From Pseudomonadota bacterium (GTDB lineage Bacteria > Pseudomonadota > Gammaproteobacteria > Burkholderiales > JAKAFK01): 64,000 bases of DNA. A program made the translations under genes and the position numbers. Positions 56,170 through 64,000 of this stretch are shown here, piece by piece (position 1 is the first letter of the stretch; each line of letters opens with the position of its first letter). The notes beneath the pieces are model-generated. The model saw only the letters and a program-made list of their open reading frames with translations, made no database searches and had not been told where the DNA came from. The DNA lies in assembly GCA_021788645.1 (NCBI GenBank), contig JAJYKK010000008.1:2072-66071 (forward strand). The letters run 5' to 3'.

Positions 56170-56711
56170 GCGGCGGCCGCGCCGATGAGATGCTCCGCCG
56201 CCTCTTGCAGGCTGGCAAACACCAGCGTCCGGGCCGGGAGGTTGCCTTGCGCGAAGGTCTGCTCGCCCTTGCCCGTGGTCACCAGAATCGGCTGCGCGCC
56301 CACGGCGTCGGCCGCTTCAAGGTCACGCAGCGAGTCGCCGATCGCCGGCACGCCGGCGAGATCCATGTTGTACCGGCTCGCGATTTCGTTGTACATCCCC
56401 GGCTTGGGCTTGCGGCACCCGCAGTCGGAATCGGCCGCATGCGGGCAGTAGAACAACGCGTCGATGCGCCCGCCGTGGGCGGCCAGCGCCTTGTGCATCT
56501 TATCGTGAATGGCGTTGAGCGTCGCCATGTCGAACAAGCCCCGTCCGACGCCCGACTGATTGGTCGCGACCACCACCCGGAACCCGGCCTGGTTGAGCCG
56601 ACCGATGGCTTCGAGACTGCCCGGGATCGGCTTCCACTCATCCGGGCTCTTGATGAACTTGGCGCTGTCGAAGTTGATCACGCCGTCACGGTCGAGAATC
56701 ACGAGTCTCAT
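56166..56711 (-). CDS. gmhB: D-glycero-beta-D-manno-heptose 1,7-bisphosphate 7-phosphatase
   Basis: LDRDGVIN, TNQSG, CPH...C.CRKP, GDSLRD. Confidence 0.95.
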   Translation of the reverse strand: MRLVILDRDGVINFDSAKFIKSPDEWKPIPGSLEAIGRLNQAGFRVVVATNQSGVGRGLFDMATLNAIHDKMHKALAAHGGRIDALFYCPHAADSDCGCRKPKPGMYNEIASRYNMDLAGVPAIGDSLRDLEAADAVGAQPILVTTGKGEQTFAQGNLPARTLVFASLQEAAEHLIGAAAA

Positions 56712-56764
56712 CAGCTTGCCCCACCCCTTGCGCTGCCCGCGCCGCGATCGGCGCAGCCTTGCGC

Positions 56765-58831
56765 TCAGACCGCGAGCCTGGAGAGGTCCGCGACCTGGTT
56801 CATGAGTTCTCCCAGCCAGGCCAGGAGCGCCAGCCGGTTATGGCGAACGGCTTCGTCGTCCGCCATCACCAGCACGTCCTCGAAAAACGCGTCCACCTGC
56901 GCGCGCACCCCGGCCAACGCCTTGAGCGCGCCCTCGTAGTCTTCATTCTCCACCAGAGAACGCACCCTCGGCGACAGGGTGTTCACGGTGTCAAACAAGG
57001 CGCGCTCGGCCCCGGCCTCAAGAAGCGCCACGTCCGGCTGCCCGACGGGCGGCGGCGCCTTCTTCAATATATTGTGGATGCGCTTGTGGGCCGCGGCAAG
57101 CGCCTGCGCCTCGGGCAGGCCCTTGAAGCTTCGGACCGCCTGCAATCGCGCGCCCACGCGGTCGACGCGCGTGGGCCGCTGGGCCACCACGGCCTCCACC
57201 TCGTCGGGTTCGAAGCCTTGTTCGCGCAACCAATATCTGAGGCGCTCCAGAATGAAGTCGTGGAGGTCGACCACCACCCCATCATTGAGCGTCTGGTCGG
57301 CGAACTGCGCCGAGGCGGCCGTGAGCCACTGGACGAGATCGAGCGGGAGCGGCGTCTCGACCAGGATGCGCAGCACCCCCAGCGCATGCCGGCGCAGGGC
57401 GAACGGGTCTCGGTCCCCGGTGGGCACGAGCCCGACCCCGAAGATGCCGACCAGGGTGTCCAGCTTGTCCGCCAGCGCGAGGCTGGCGCTCACGTCGTCC
57501 GCCGGCAGGGTATCGCCTGCGAAGCGCGGATGGTAATGGCCTTCGATGGCCCGCGCCACGGTTTCGGGTTCGCCGTCATGGCGCGCGTAGTAGGCGCCCA
57601 TCACGCCCTGCAGCTCGGGGAACTCGCCGACCATGTCGGTCAAGAGGTCCGCCTTGCACAGCCATGCGGCCCGCGAGGCGGCCTCGGCGTCGGCCCCCAG
57701 GGCCAAGGCGATCTCCCCCGCAAGCTTGGCTATCCGGCGCACCCGCTCGAGCTGGGTGCCGAGCTTGTTGTGATAGACCACATCCCCCAGGCGCTCGACC
57801 CGCGCCTCAAGGGGTTGTTTGCGGTCCTGATCGAAGAAGAATTTGGCGTCCGACAGGCGCGCGCGCAAGACGCGCTCGTTGCCATGGATGATCTCGGCCG
57901 GCTGGTCCGTGGGGAGATTGCTCACCATGAGAAAGCGCGGCTCGAGCCGGCCGGCGGCATCCTTGAGCGGGAAATACTTCTGGTGGCTTTTCATGGACAG
58001 CGAAAGACATTCCTGGGGAACGCTCAGGAAGTCCGGGCTGAAGCGCCCCTCATAGATGGCCGGATATTCCACCAGCGCCGTGACTTCGGTGATGAGATCG
58101 GCGGGATCGTCCAGCGCGGACGGATGCGCCGCCGCCACCAGGCGGCGCTCGATCTCCTCGCGCCGCGCCTGGAAATCCGCCAGCACCCGCCCTTGCGCCT
58201 GCAGGATCTGCTCGTACTGGTCGCCATGGGGGATGGGGATCGGGCCGGCGGTCAGGAAGCGGTGCCCGCAGGTGGTCGCGCGCGACGCCACCCCCAAGAC
58301 CGTGCCCGGCACCAGACGGCGGCCGTGGAGCATCACGAGCCCGTGGACCGGCCGCACGAATTCGACCTCGCGCTCGCCCCAGCGCATCAGCTTCTGCACC
58401 GGCAGCGCCTTGAGCGCCGCTTCGACGAGCCGCGCCAGGTGATCGTGCAGCGGTTCGCCCGGCTTTTGCGTGCGGAAAACGAAGTATTCGCCCTTGGCGT
58501 CGCGCTCGCGTCCCAGGCCGTCCACCTCCACGCCGCACGAGCGCGCGAATCCCGCCAGGGCGGGGGTAAGGTTGCCGGCCGCATCGAAGCCCGCGGCCAC
58601 CGCCGGTCCCTTGCGCTCAACCAGGCGGTCCGGTTGGCGATCCAGCACCTGTTCGACCCACACGGCCAGACGGCGCGGCGTGGCAAAGGCACGGGTCCGC
58701 GCCTCGCCGGCCAGGAAGCCTTCCTTCCGCAGCCCCGCGACGAGGTTTCGGTGAAAGGCCTCGGACAGGCGGGCAAGCGACTTGGGCGGCAATTCCTCGG
58801 TCAGGAGTTCGATCAGGAGGCTATCGGCCAT
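56765..58831 (-). CDS. glyS: Glycine--tRNA ligase beta subunit
   Basis: ELLTEELPP, TPRRLA, FVRPV, GNERVLRARLSDA, EFPELQG. Confidence 0.97.
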   Translation of the reverse strand: MADSLLIELLTEELPPKSLARLSEAFHRNLVAGLRKEGFLAGEARTRAFATPRRLAVWVEQVLDRQPDRLVERKGPAVAAGFDAAGNLTPALAGFARSCGVEVDGLGRERDAKGEYFVFRTQKPGEPLHDHLARLVEAALKALPVQKLMRWGEREVEFVRPVHGLVMLHGRRLVPGTVLGVASRATTCGHRFLTAGPIPIPHGDQYEQILQAQGRVLADFQARREEIERRLVAAAHPSALDDPADLITEVTALVEYPAIYEGRFSPDFLSVPQECLSLSMKSHQKYFPLKDAAGRLEPRFLMVSNLPTDQPAEIIHGNERVLRARLSDAKFFFDQDRKQPLEARVERLGDVVYHNKLGTQLERVRRIAKLAGEIALALGADAEAASRAAWLCKADLLTDMVGEFPELQGVMGAYYARHDGEPETVARAIEGHYHPRFAGDTLPADDVSASLALADKLDTLVGIFGVGLVPTGDRDPFALRRHALGVLRILVETPLPLDLVQWLTAASAQFADQTLNDGVVVDLHDFILERLRYWLREQGFEPDEVEAVVAQRPTRVDRVGARLQAVRSFKGLPEAQALAAAHKRIHNILKKAPPPVGQPDVALLEAGAERALFDTVNTLSPRVRSLVENEDYEGALKALAGVRAQVDAFFEDVLVMADDEAVRHNRLALLAWLGELMNQVADLSRLAV

Positions 58832-58849
58832 GGAGCGTCTTTCGGCGAG

Positions 58850-59737
58850 TTAGGACGGCGCGTGCTGCCGCGCGAGCATAGGAAAGCCCAGCGCCTCGCG
58901 GGAGGCGAGGTAGCTTTGCGCCACCGACCGGGCCAGCGCGCGCACCCGCGCGATGTAGGCGGCGCGCTCGGTCACCGAAATGGCGCCGCGGGCATCCAGG
59001 AGATTGAAGGTATGGGAACAGCGCATCACCATCTCGAACCCCGGCAGCGGGAGCGCCAGTTCCAGCAGCCGCTTGGCTTCGGCTTCGAGGGCGTTGAACT
59101 GCTCAAGCAGCCAGTTCACATTGCTGTGCTCGAAATTGTAGCGGGACTGCTCGACCTCGTTCTGATGATAGACGTCTCGATAGGTGATGCCCGGCGTCCA
59201 GACGAGGTCAAACACGTTCTCGACCCCCTGAAGATACATCGCCAGGCGCTCGAGCCCGTAGGTGATCTCCCCGAGCACGGGCTTGCACCGGAGCCCGCCC
59301 ACTTCCTGAAAGTACGTAAACTGCGTCACTTCCATCCCGTCGAGCCACACTTCCCACCCCAGCCCCCACGCCCCGAGGGTGGGCGATTCCCAGTCGTCCT
59401 CGACGAAGCGGATGTCATGGACACGGGTATCGATCCCGAGCGCGCGCAGCGAATCCAGGTAGAGCTCCTGGATGGCGTCGGGGGAGGGCTTGAGGACGAC
59501 CTGGAACTGGTAGTAATGCTGAAGGCGGTTGGGATTGTCGCCGTAGCGGCCGTCCTTCGGCCGCCGCGAAGGCTGCACGTAGGCGGCCCGCCAGGGTTCG
59601 GGACCCAGGGCGCGCAGGAAAGTGGCGGTATGGAAGGTCCCGGCACCGACTTCCATGTCGTAGGGCTGCAGCAGGGCACATCCCTTTTCGCCCCAATAGG
59701 ACTGCAGCTTTAAGATGATTTCCTGAAATGTCAGCAT
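58850..59737 (-). CDS. glyQ: Glycine--tRNA ligase alpha subunit
   Basis: [32 protein letters not shown]. Confidence 0.98.
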   Translation of the reverse strand: MLTFQEIILKLQSYWGEKGCALLQPYDMEVGAGTFHTATFLRALGPEPWRAAYVQPSRRPKDGRYGDNPNRLQHYYQFQVVLKPSPDAIQELYLDSLRALGIDTRVHDIRFVEDDWESPTLGAWGLGWEVWLDGMEVTQFTYFQEVGGLRCKPVLGEITYGLERLAMYLQGVENVFDLVWTPGITYRDVYHQNEVEQSRYNFEHSNVNWLLEQFNALEAEAKRLLELALPLPGFEMVMRCSHTFNLLDARGAISVTERAAYIARVRALARSVAQSYLASREALGFPMLARQHAPS

Positions 59738-59840
59738 GGCTTTCCGAGGCAAAAATAAATCGGGGCCGCCGCGGCACTCACCCCGATTGTTCGCCCATTT
59801 TAACCGATTGCGCGCGCCCGAGAAACCGCGGGCAGGGGAT

Positions 59841-61448
59841 TCACCGGGCGGGACGCCGCCTGCGGCCGCCGACCAGGCTCAAGGCCAGGACGCCTGCGGC
59901 CAGCCCCGCGACCGCGTGATCCCCGAAGCGCACATAGGGGGTACGACCGGCGTAGCCTCGAACCTCGCCGTTGAGCGCCCCCACCTTGAACAGCGGCAGT
60001 GCGGCGGTGACCCGTCCGCGCGGGTCGACGATCGCCGTCACCCCGGTATTGGTGGCCTGCACCTCGTAGCGCCCGGTCTCGAGCGCGCGCATCTGGGAGA
60101 TCTGCAGCTGCTGATACGGGGCCGCCGAATCGCCGAACCAGGCATCGTTGCTCACGTTGACGAGCATCGTGGCGGCGGGCAGCTGGCGGATGATTTCCCG
60201 TCCGAAGGCGTCCTCGTAGCAGATGTTCACGGCCACCCGCTGTCCCGCGACCGCAAGCGGCTTCTGCACGCGCGGCCCGCGGGAGAAGTCGGACATGGGG
60301 ATATGCAGGAGATGATGGATCACCCACCCGAACACGGATTTCAGCGGAATATATTCGCCAAAAGGCACCAGGTGCGATTTGCGGTAGACCTGCGTAGGCG
60401 AGCTGCCGAGGCTGAACACGCTGTTGTAATAGTCTTGGGTGTTCCCGTCGGGGACCCTTTCCGGAATGCCCGCCAGGATATCCCCGTGCAAGGCCCTCGC
60501 ATGGCGGGCGAGCGCCGCCAGGTAGCCGCGCGGCAGGTCCGTGTAGAACAGCGGCAAAGCGGTCTCGGGCAGGACGATGAGACGCGAGCGCGACGCGTCC
60601 ACGAGCCGCGCATAGGTGCTCAGCGTGCTGGCGACATGGTCCGGGTTCCACTTGACGTCCTCGCCCATGTCGCCTTGCAGGAGGCTGATGGTCAAGGGCG
60701 CGCCGGCCGGGTGGGTCCATGGGATGCGAATCGCCGCCCCCGCCGCAAGCCACAGCACGGCAAGCCCCACCAGACAGGCGGCGCGCGCGGACCGCGCACG
60801 CGCTGCGGCCGCCGAGCGCACGAGCGCGCTGCTCGCGACCACCGCCCACGACACGCCGTAGACCCCCAGGACGGGGGCCAGTGCGCGCAACGGGCTGTCC
60901 GGCACCTGGGAGTACCCCAGCGCCAGCCAGGGAAAGCCCGTGAACAGCCACCCGCGCACCCATTCCGAGAGTGCCCAGGCCGCAGGCGTGAAAACGAGCG
61001 CCCTGGGCACGGCCTTCAGCCGGCAACCCGCGTGCAGGAAACCGACCAGCGCGGGAAACAAGGCCAGGAATGCACAGAAGATGAAGGTCGCAAGCCCGGC
61101 GAGCCAGGGCGACATCGCACCGAACTCGTGCAGGCTCACATAGACCCAGCTCACGCCCCCGCCGAAGAAACCGAGTCCCCACAGGAAGCCGAGGCGGGCG
61201 GCTGCGCGCCGCCCTGCGGCGCGGTCCCAGGCCCACAGGAGCCATGCCATGCTCACGATCGGGGCCGCAAACCAGTCCAGCGGAGCAAAGCCCAGTACCG
61301 CGGCCAACCCCGCGACCACGGCGCCTCCGCTCACCACGAGCGGGCGCAGGGCCGCCGTCGCGCCCAGGGCAGGGGGATTCATCGAATCTCGGACCTGCGC
61401 GAGCGGGGCCGCGAGCACGGCACTTTCGCGGCGAGAGGGAGCCGTCAC
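59841..61448 (-). CDS. lnt: Apolipoprotein N-acyltransferase
   Basis: [33 protein letters not shown]; start could be 61382. Confidence 0.94.
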   Translation of the reverse strand: MTAPSRRESAVLAAPLAQVRDSMNPPALGATAALRPLVVSGGAVVAGLAAVLGFAPLDWFAAPIVSMAWLLWAWDRAAGRRAAARLGFLWGLGFFGGGVSWVYVSLHEFGAMSPWLAGLATFIFCAFLALFPALVGFLHAGCRLKAVPRALVFTPAAWALSEWVRGWLFTGFPWLALGYSQVPDSPLRALAPVLGVYGVSWAVVASSALVRSAAAARARSARAACLVGLAVLWLAAGAAIRIPWTHPAGAPLTISLLQGDMGEDVKWNPDHVASTLSTYARLVDASRSRLIVLPETALPLFYTDLPRGYLAALARHARALHGDILAGIPERVPDGNTQDYYNSVFSLGSSPTQVYRKSHLVPFGEYIPLKSVFGWVIHHLLHIPMSDFSRGPRVQKPLAVAGQRVAVNICYEDAFGREIIRQLPAATMLVNVSNDAWFGDSAAPYQQLQISQMRALETGRYEVQATNTGVTAIVDPRGRVTAALPLFKVGALNGEVRGYAGRTPYVRFGDHAVAGLAAGVLALSLVGGRRRRPAR

Positions 61449-61451
61449 GGT

Positions 61452-62300
61452 TCAGGCCAATGGGGGGAGCATGCCTTCGCGATCGGCGAGGCGTTCGACG
61501 AGAAGCGTGTGGAGCCTGCGGCTGTCCGCGCGCAGCACCTGGAACCTGAGGGCGTCAATGGTCACCTGCTCGCCGCGCTTGGGAAGGCGTCCGAACTTGC
61601 TGACCACCAGGCCGCCCACGGTATCGTAGTCGGCATGGCTGAACTGCGTGCCCAGCGCTTCGTTCAAATCCTCGATCTCGGTCAGCGCCTTGACGCGGTA
61701 GCGGCCGCTGCGGTCGCGAATGATGTTATCCTCCGCTTCGTCGAAATCGTACTCGTCTTCGATTTCGCCCACGATCTGCTCGAGCACGTCCTCGATCGTC
61801 ACGAGCCCCGCGACCCCGCCGTATTCGTCGACCACGATCGCGATGTGATTGCGGTTCGAGCGGAAATCCTTCAGGAGAACATTGAGACGCTTGGATTCGG
61901 GGATGAAGATGGCAGGCCTCAGCATATCGCGCACGTTGAATTCCTCGCCGGCATAGTAGCGCAGCAGGTCCTTCGCGAGCAGGATGCCGATGACGTCGTC
62001 CTTCTGCCCGTCGACCACCGGGAACCGCGAGTGGGCCGTCTCGATGACGAAGGGAATGAATTTCTCGGGGGGATCCTTGATGTCGATGATGTCCATCTGC
62101 GAGCGCGGGATCATGATTTCCCTCACCTGCATCTCGGAGACCTGCATCACGCCCTCGATCATGCTCAGGGCGTCCGCATCCAGCAGGTTGCGCTCATAGG
62201 CGGAGTGCAACAACTCGATCAATTGGCTGCGGTCCTCCGGTTCACGCAGCAATAGCGCACCCAGTCGTTCCAGCCAACCCGGTTTCGCAGGCTCATCCAT
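61452..62300 (-). CDS. corC: CBS-domain Mg2+/Co2+ transport-associated protein
   Basis: VREIMIPRSQM, HSRFPV, VVDEYGG, IEDVLEQIVGEIEDE. Confidence 0.93.
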   Translation of the reverse strand: MDEPAKPGWLERLGALLLREPEDRSQLIELLHSAYERNLLDADALSMIEGVMQVSEMQVREIMIPRSQMDIIDIKDPPEKFIPFVIETAHSRFPVVDGQKDDVIGILLAKDLLRYYAGEEFNVRDMLRPAIFIPESKRLNVLLKDFRSNRNHIAIVVDEYGGVAGLVTIEDVLEQIVGEIEDEYDFDEAEDNIIRDRSGRYRVKALTEIEDLNEALGTQFSHADYDTVGGLVVSKFGRLPKRGEQVTIDALRFQVLRADSRRLHTLLVERLADREGMLPPLA

Positions 62301-62365
62301 CAAGGTTCGCTTCCTCCGGTACGTACGCGCCGCATGGGCTGCTCGCCCCACTCGCGGCGCCAGGG

Positions 62366-62857
62366 TCACGCTGCGGCATAAGGATCAGGGTAGCCCAGCT
62401 TCATGACGATTTGAGACTCGAGCGCCTCCATCACCGCCGCCTCGCTTTCCGTCTCGTGATCATAGCCTTGCATGTGCAGCACGCCATGCACCACGAGGTG
62501 GGCGTAATGCGCCTCGAGGCGCTTGTGCTGCTCGTCGGCCTCGCGCTCCACCACCGGGGCGCACAGCACGATATCCGCGCAGTGGGCAAACTCGGGCGCA
62601 GCCGCTCCTTCCAGGCTGAAGGTCAGCACGTTCGTCGCGTAGTCCCTGCCGCGGAACCGGCGATTGAGCTCGCGGCCTTCCGGCTCGGCTACGATCCGGA
62701 CCGTGACGGCTGCCGAATCGCCCAGCGCCGCGCCCGCCCAGCGGCGAATCTGGGCCCGCGTCGGAGCCTGCCCCGGGGGCGCCGCGGCGGCGTACTGGAC
62801 GGACAACGAAAGCCGCGCGGGCGCACGCGGGCGTGGCTTACGCGTTGCGGCGACCAT
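62366..62857 (-). CDS. ybeY: rRNA maturation endoribonuclease
   Basis: LN..FRG.DYATNVLTF, HGVLHMQGYDH. Confidence 0.95.
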   Translation of the reverse strand: MVAATRKPRPRAPARLSLSVQYAAAAPPGQAPTRAQIRRWAGAALGDSAAVTVRIVAEPEGRELNRRFRGRDYATNVLTFSLEGAAAPEFAHCADIVLCAPVVEREADEQHKRLEAHYAHLVVHGVLHMQGYDHETESEAAVMEALESQIVMKLGYPDPYAAA

Positions 62858-63001
62858 GTCTCGTGCCGATCCTCTGGGTCCATGTTGCCCCGGTCAAACC
62901 GAAAGCGCTCCCTCAATCATTTTTAGATTACCACGTCCCCGCGCGGCGCCCGCCCCCGTCTCTCCCGGCGCACGCCGTCACGCGGCGCGCCGCCCGGGAG
63001 A

Positions 63002-63943
63002 CTAGGAACGGCTATCCCGCCGCTCGTAGGCGTTCACAATCTGCAACACGAGCGGGTGACGGACGACATCGTCGCTCTTGAAGAAGGTGAAGGCGATGCC
63101 GCGAACCCCCTCCAGGACGCCCCTCGCATCGACGAGGCCGCTCAGTTGGCCACGGGCCAGGTCGATTTGCGTGACATCGCCGGTGATCACCGCCCGCGTG
63201 CCGAAGCCGATGCGGGTCAGGAACATCTTCATCTGTTCGGGCGTCGTGTTTTGCGCCTCGTCGAGAATGATGAAGGAGTGGTTGAGCGTGCGCCCGCGCA
63301 TATAGGCGAGCGGGGCGATCTCGATGGTGCCGCGCTCGAAGAGCCTTCCGACCTTCTCGAACCCCATGAGGTCGTACAGCGCATCATAAAGCGGGCGCAG
63401 ATACGGATCGACCTTCTGCGCCAGATCGCCCGGCAGGAAACCGAGGCGCTCGCCCGCCTCGACGGCCGGACGCACCAGCACGATGCGCTTGACGAGATCG
63501 CGCTCCAGGGCATCGACGGCGCTGGCCACGGCGAGATAGGTCTTCCCGGTGCCGGCCGGCCCGATGCCGAAGGTGATGTCATGCGCCTGGATCTGATGCA
63601 GGTACTGCTTCTGGCGCGGCGTGCGCCCATGCAGGTCGGACTTGCGCGTCAGCAGCACCGGGGTGGCAAGCTCCTCATAGGGCGACTCCTGGCGCTTGCC
63701 CACTTCCACCAGCCCGAGCTGAATGTCCTCGACGCCCAGCGGGTTCTCCGACCTGTCGTAGAACGAGCGCAAGGCGGCGGCCGCCAGTTTCGCCTGCGCC
63801 GCCTTGCCCTTGATCAGGAAGGTCTCGCCGCGGCGCGCGATGACGACGTCGAAGGCCGCTTCGATCTGGCGCAGATTCTCGTCCAGGGCGCCGCACATGT
63901 TGGCGAGCCGCGCATTGTCCACCGGCGTGAAGGAGACGTCCAC
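63002..63943 (-). CDS. phoH: PhoH-like ATPase (YbeZ)
   Basis: GPAGTGKT, RPAVEAGERLGFLPG, RGRTL, DEAQN, VVRHPLV. Confidence 0.94.
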   Translation of the reverse strand: MDVSFTPVDNARLANMCGALDENLRQIEAAFDVVIARRGETFLIKGKAAQAKLAAAALRSFYDRSENPLGVEDIQLGLVEVGKRQESPYEELATPVLLTRKSDLHGRTPRQKQYLHQIQAHDITFGIGPAGTGKTYLAVASAVDALERDLVKRIVLVRPAVEAGERLGFLPGDLAQKVDPYLRPLYDALYDLMGFEKVGRLFERGTIEIAPLAYMRGRTLNHSFIILDEAQNTTPEQMKMFLTRIGFGTRAVITGDVTQIDLARGQLSGLVDARGVLEGVRGIAFTFFKSDDVVRHPLVLQIVNAYERRDSRS

Positions 63944-63944
63944 C

Positions 63945-64000
63945 TCAGGCGCCCGCCCCGGCCAGTTCCCCGCGCAGCGAATGCGGCATGGCCTCGGTGA
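63945..64000 (-). CDS. miaB: 3' end of a probable tRNA methylthiotransferase (TRAM tail; partial)
   Basis: Minus strand reads ...TEAMPHSLRGELAGAGA*; miaB-ybeZ-ybeY-corC-lnt synteny. Confidence 0.7.
   Translation of the reverse strand, partial: TEAMPHSLRGELAGAGA

Noticed and set aside
56759-62255. Very long plus-strand ORFs (984 aa and 839 aa) and similar antisense ORFs elsewhere
   Set aside because: Shadow frames of glyS/glyQ/lnt/corC caused by high GC3; no motifs.

Overview
High-GC bacterial chromosome, betaproteobacterial judging from the 16S sequence and gene order. Most of the window is core genome: birA-coaX, a complete rrn operon (16S-tRNA-Ile-tRNA-Ala-23S-5S, minus strand, tandem P1/P2 promoters), tyrS, anmK, erpA, argC, rplM-rpsI, coq7, a porin, rpe-gph-trpEGDC, apaG-mltA, amgK-murU-pepP-ubi genes, lptD-surA-pdxA-rsmA, and miaB(3' end)-phoH-ybeY-corC-lnt-glyQS-gmhB-plsC. 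The most interesting part is an ~11 kb accessory block (2036-13046) between birA and the rrn operon. It holds a sensor kinase (with a -1 frameshift) and a sigma-54 activator, and divergently an outer-membrane beta-barrel plus a small periplasmic-binding-like protein. A sigma-54 promoter with upstream repeats then precedes an uncharacterised enzyme operon: 'thermostable hemolysin'-family protein, adenylate-forming enzyme, heme-oxygenase-like diiron enzyme, exported TPR protein, SDR, small beta-barrel and PAP2 protein. This looks like a self-contained make-and-sense circuit for a small molecule or envelope lipid (inference). Elements missed by the ORF track include a well-defined anti-Shine-Dalgarno sRNA upstream of rplM, a second candidate sRNA near 30.4-30.5 kb, a one-Trp leader peptide before trpE, and a decayed IS4 transposase fragment. 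All family assignments come from motif recognition, not database searches; start codons are best guesses.
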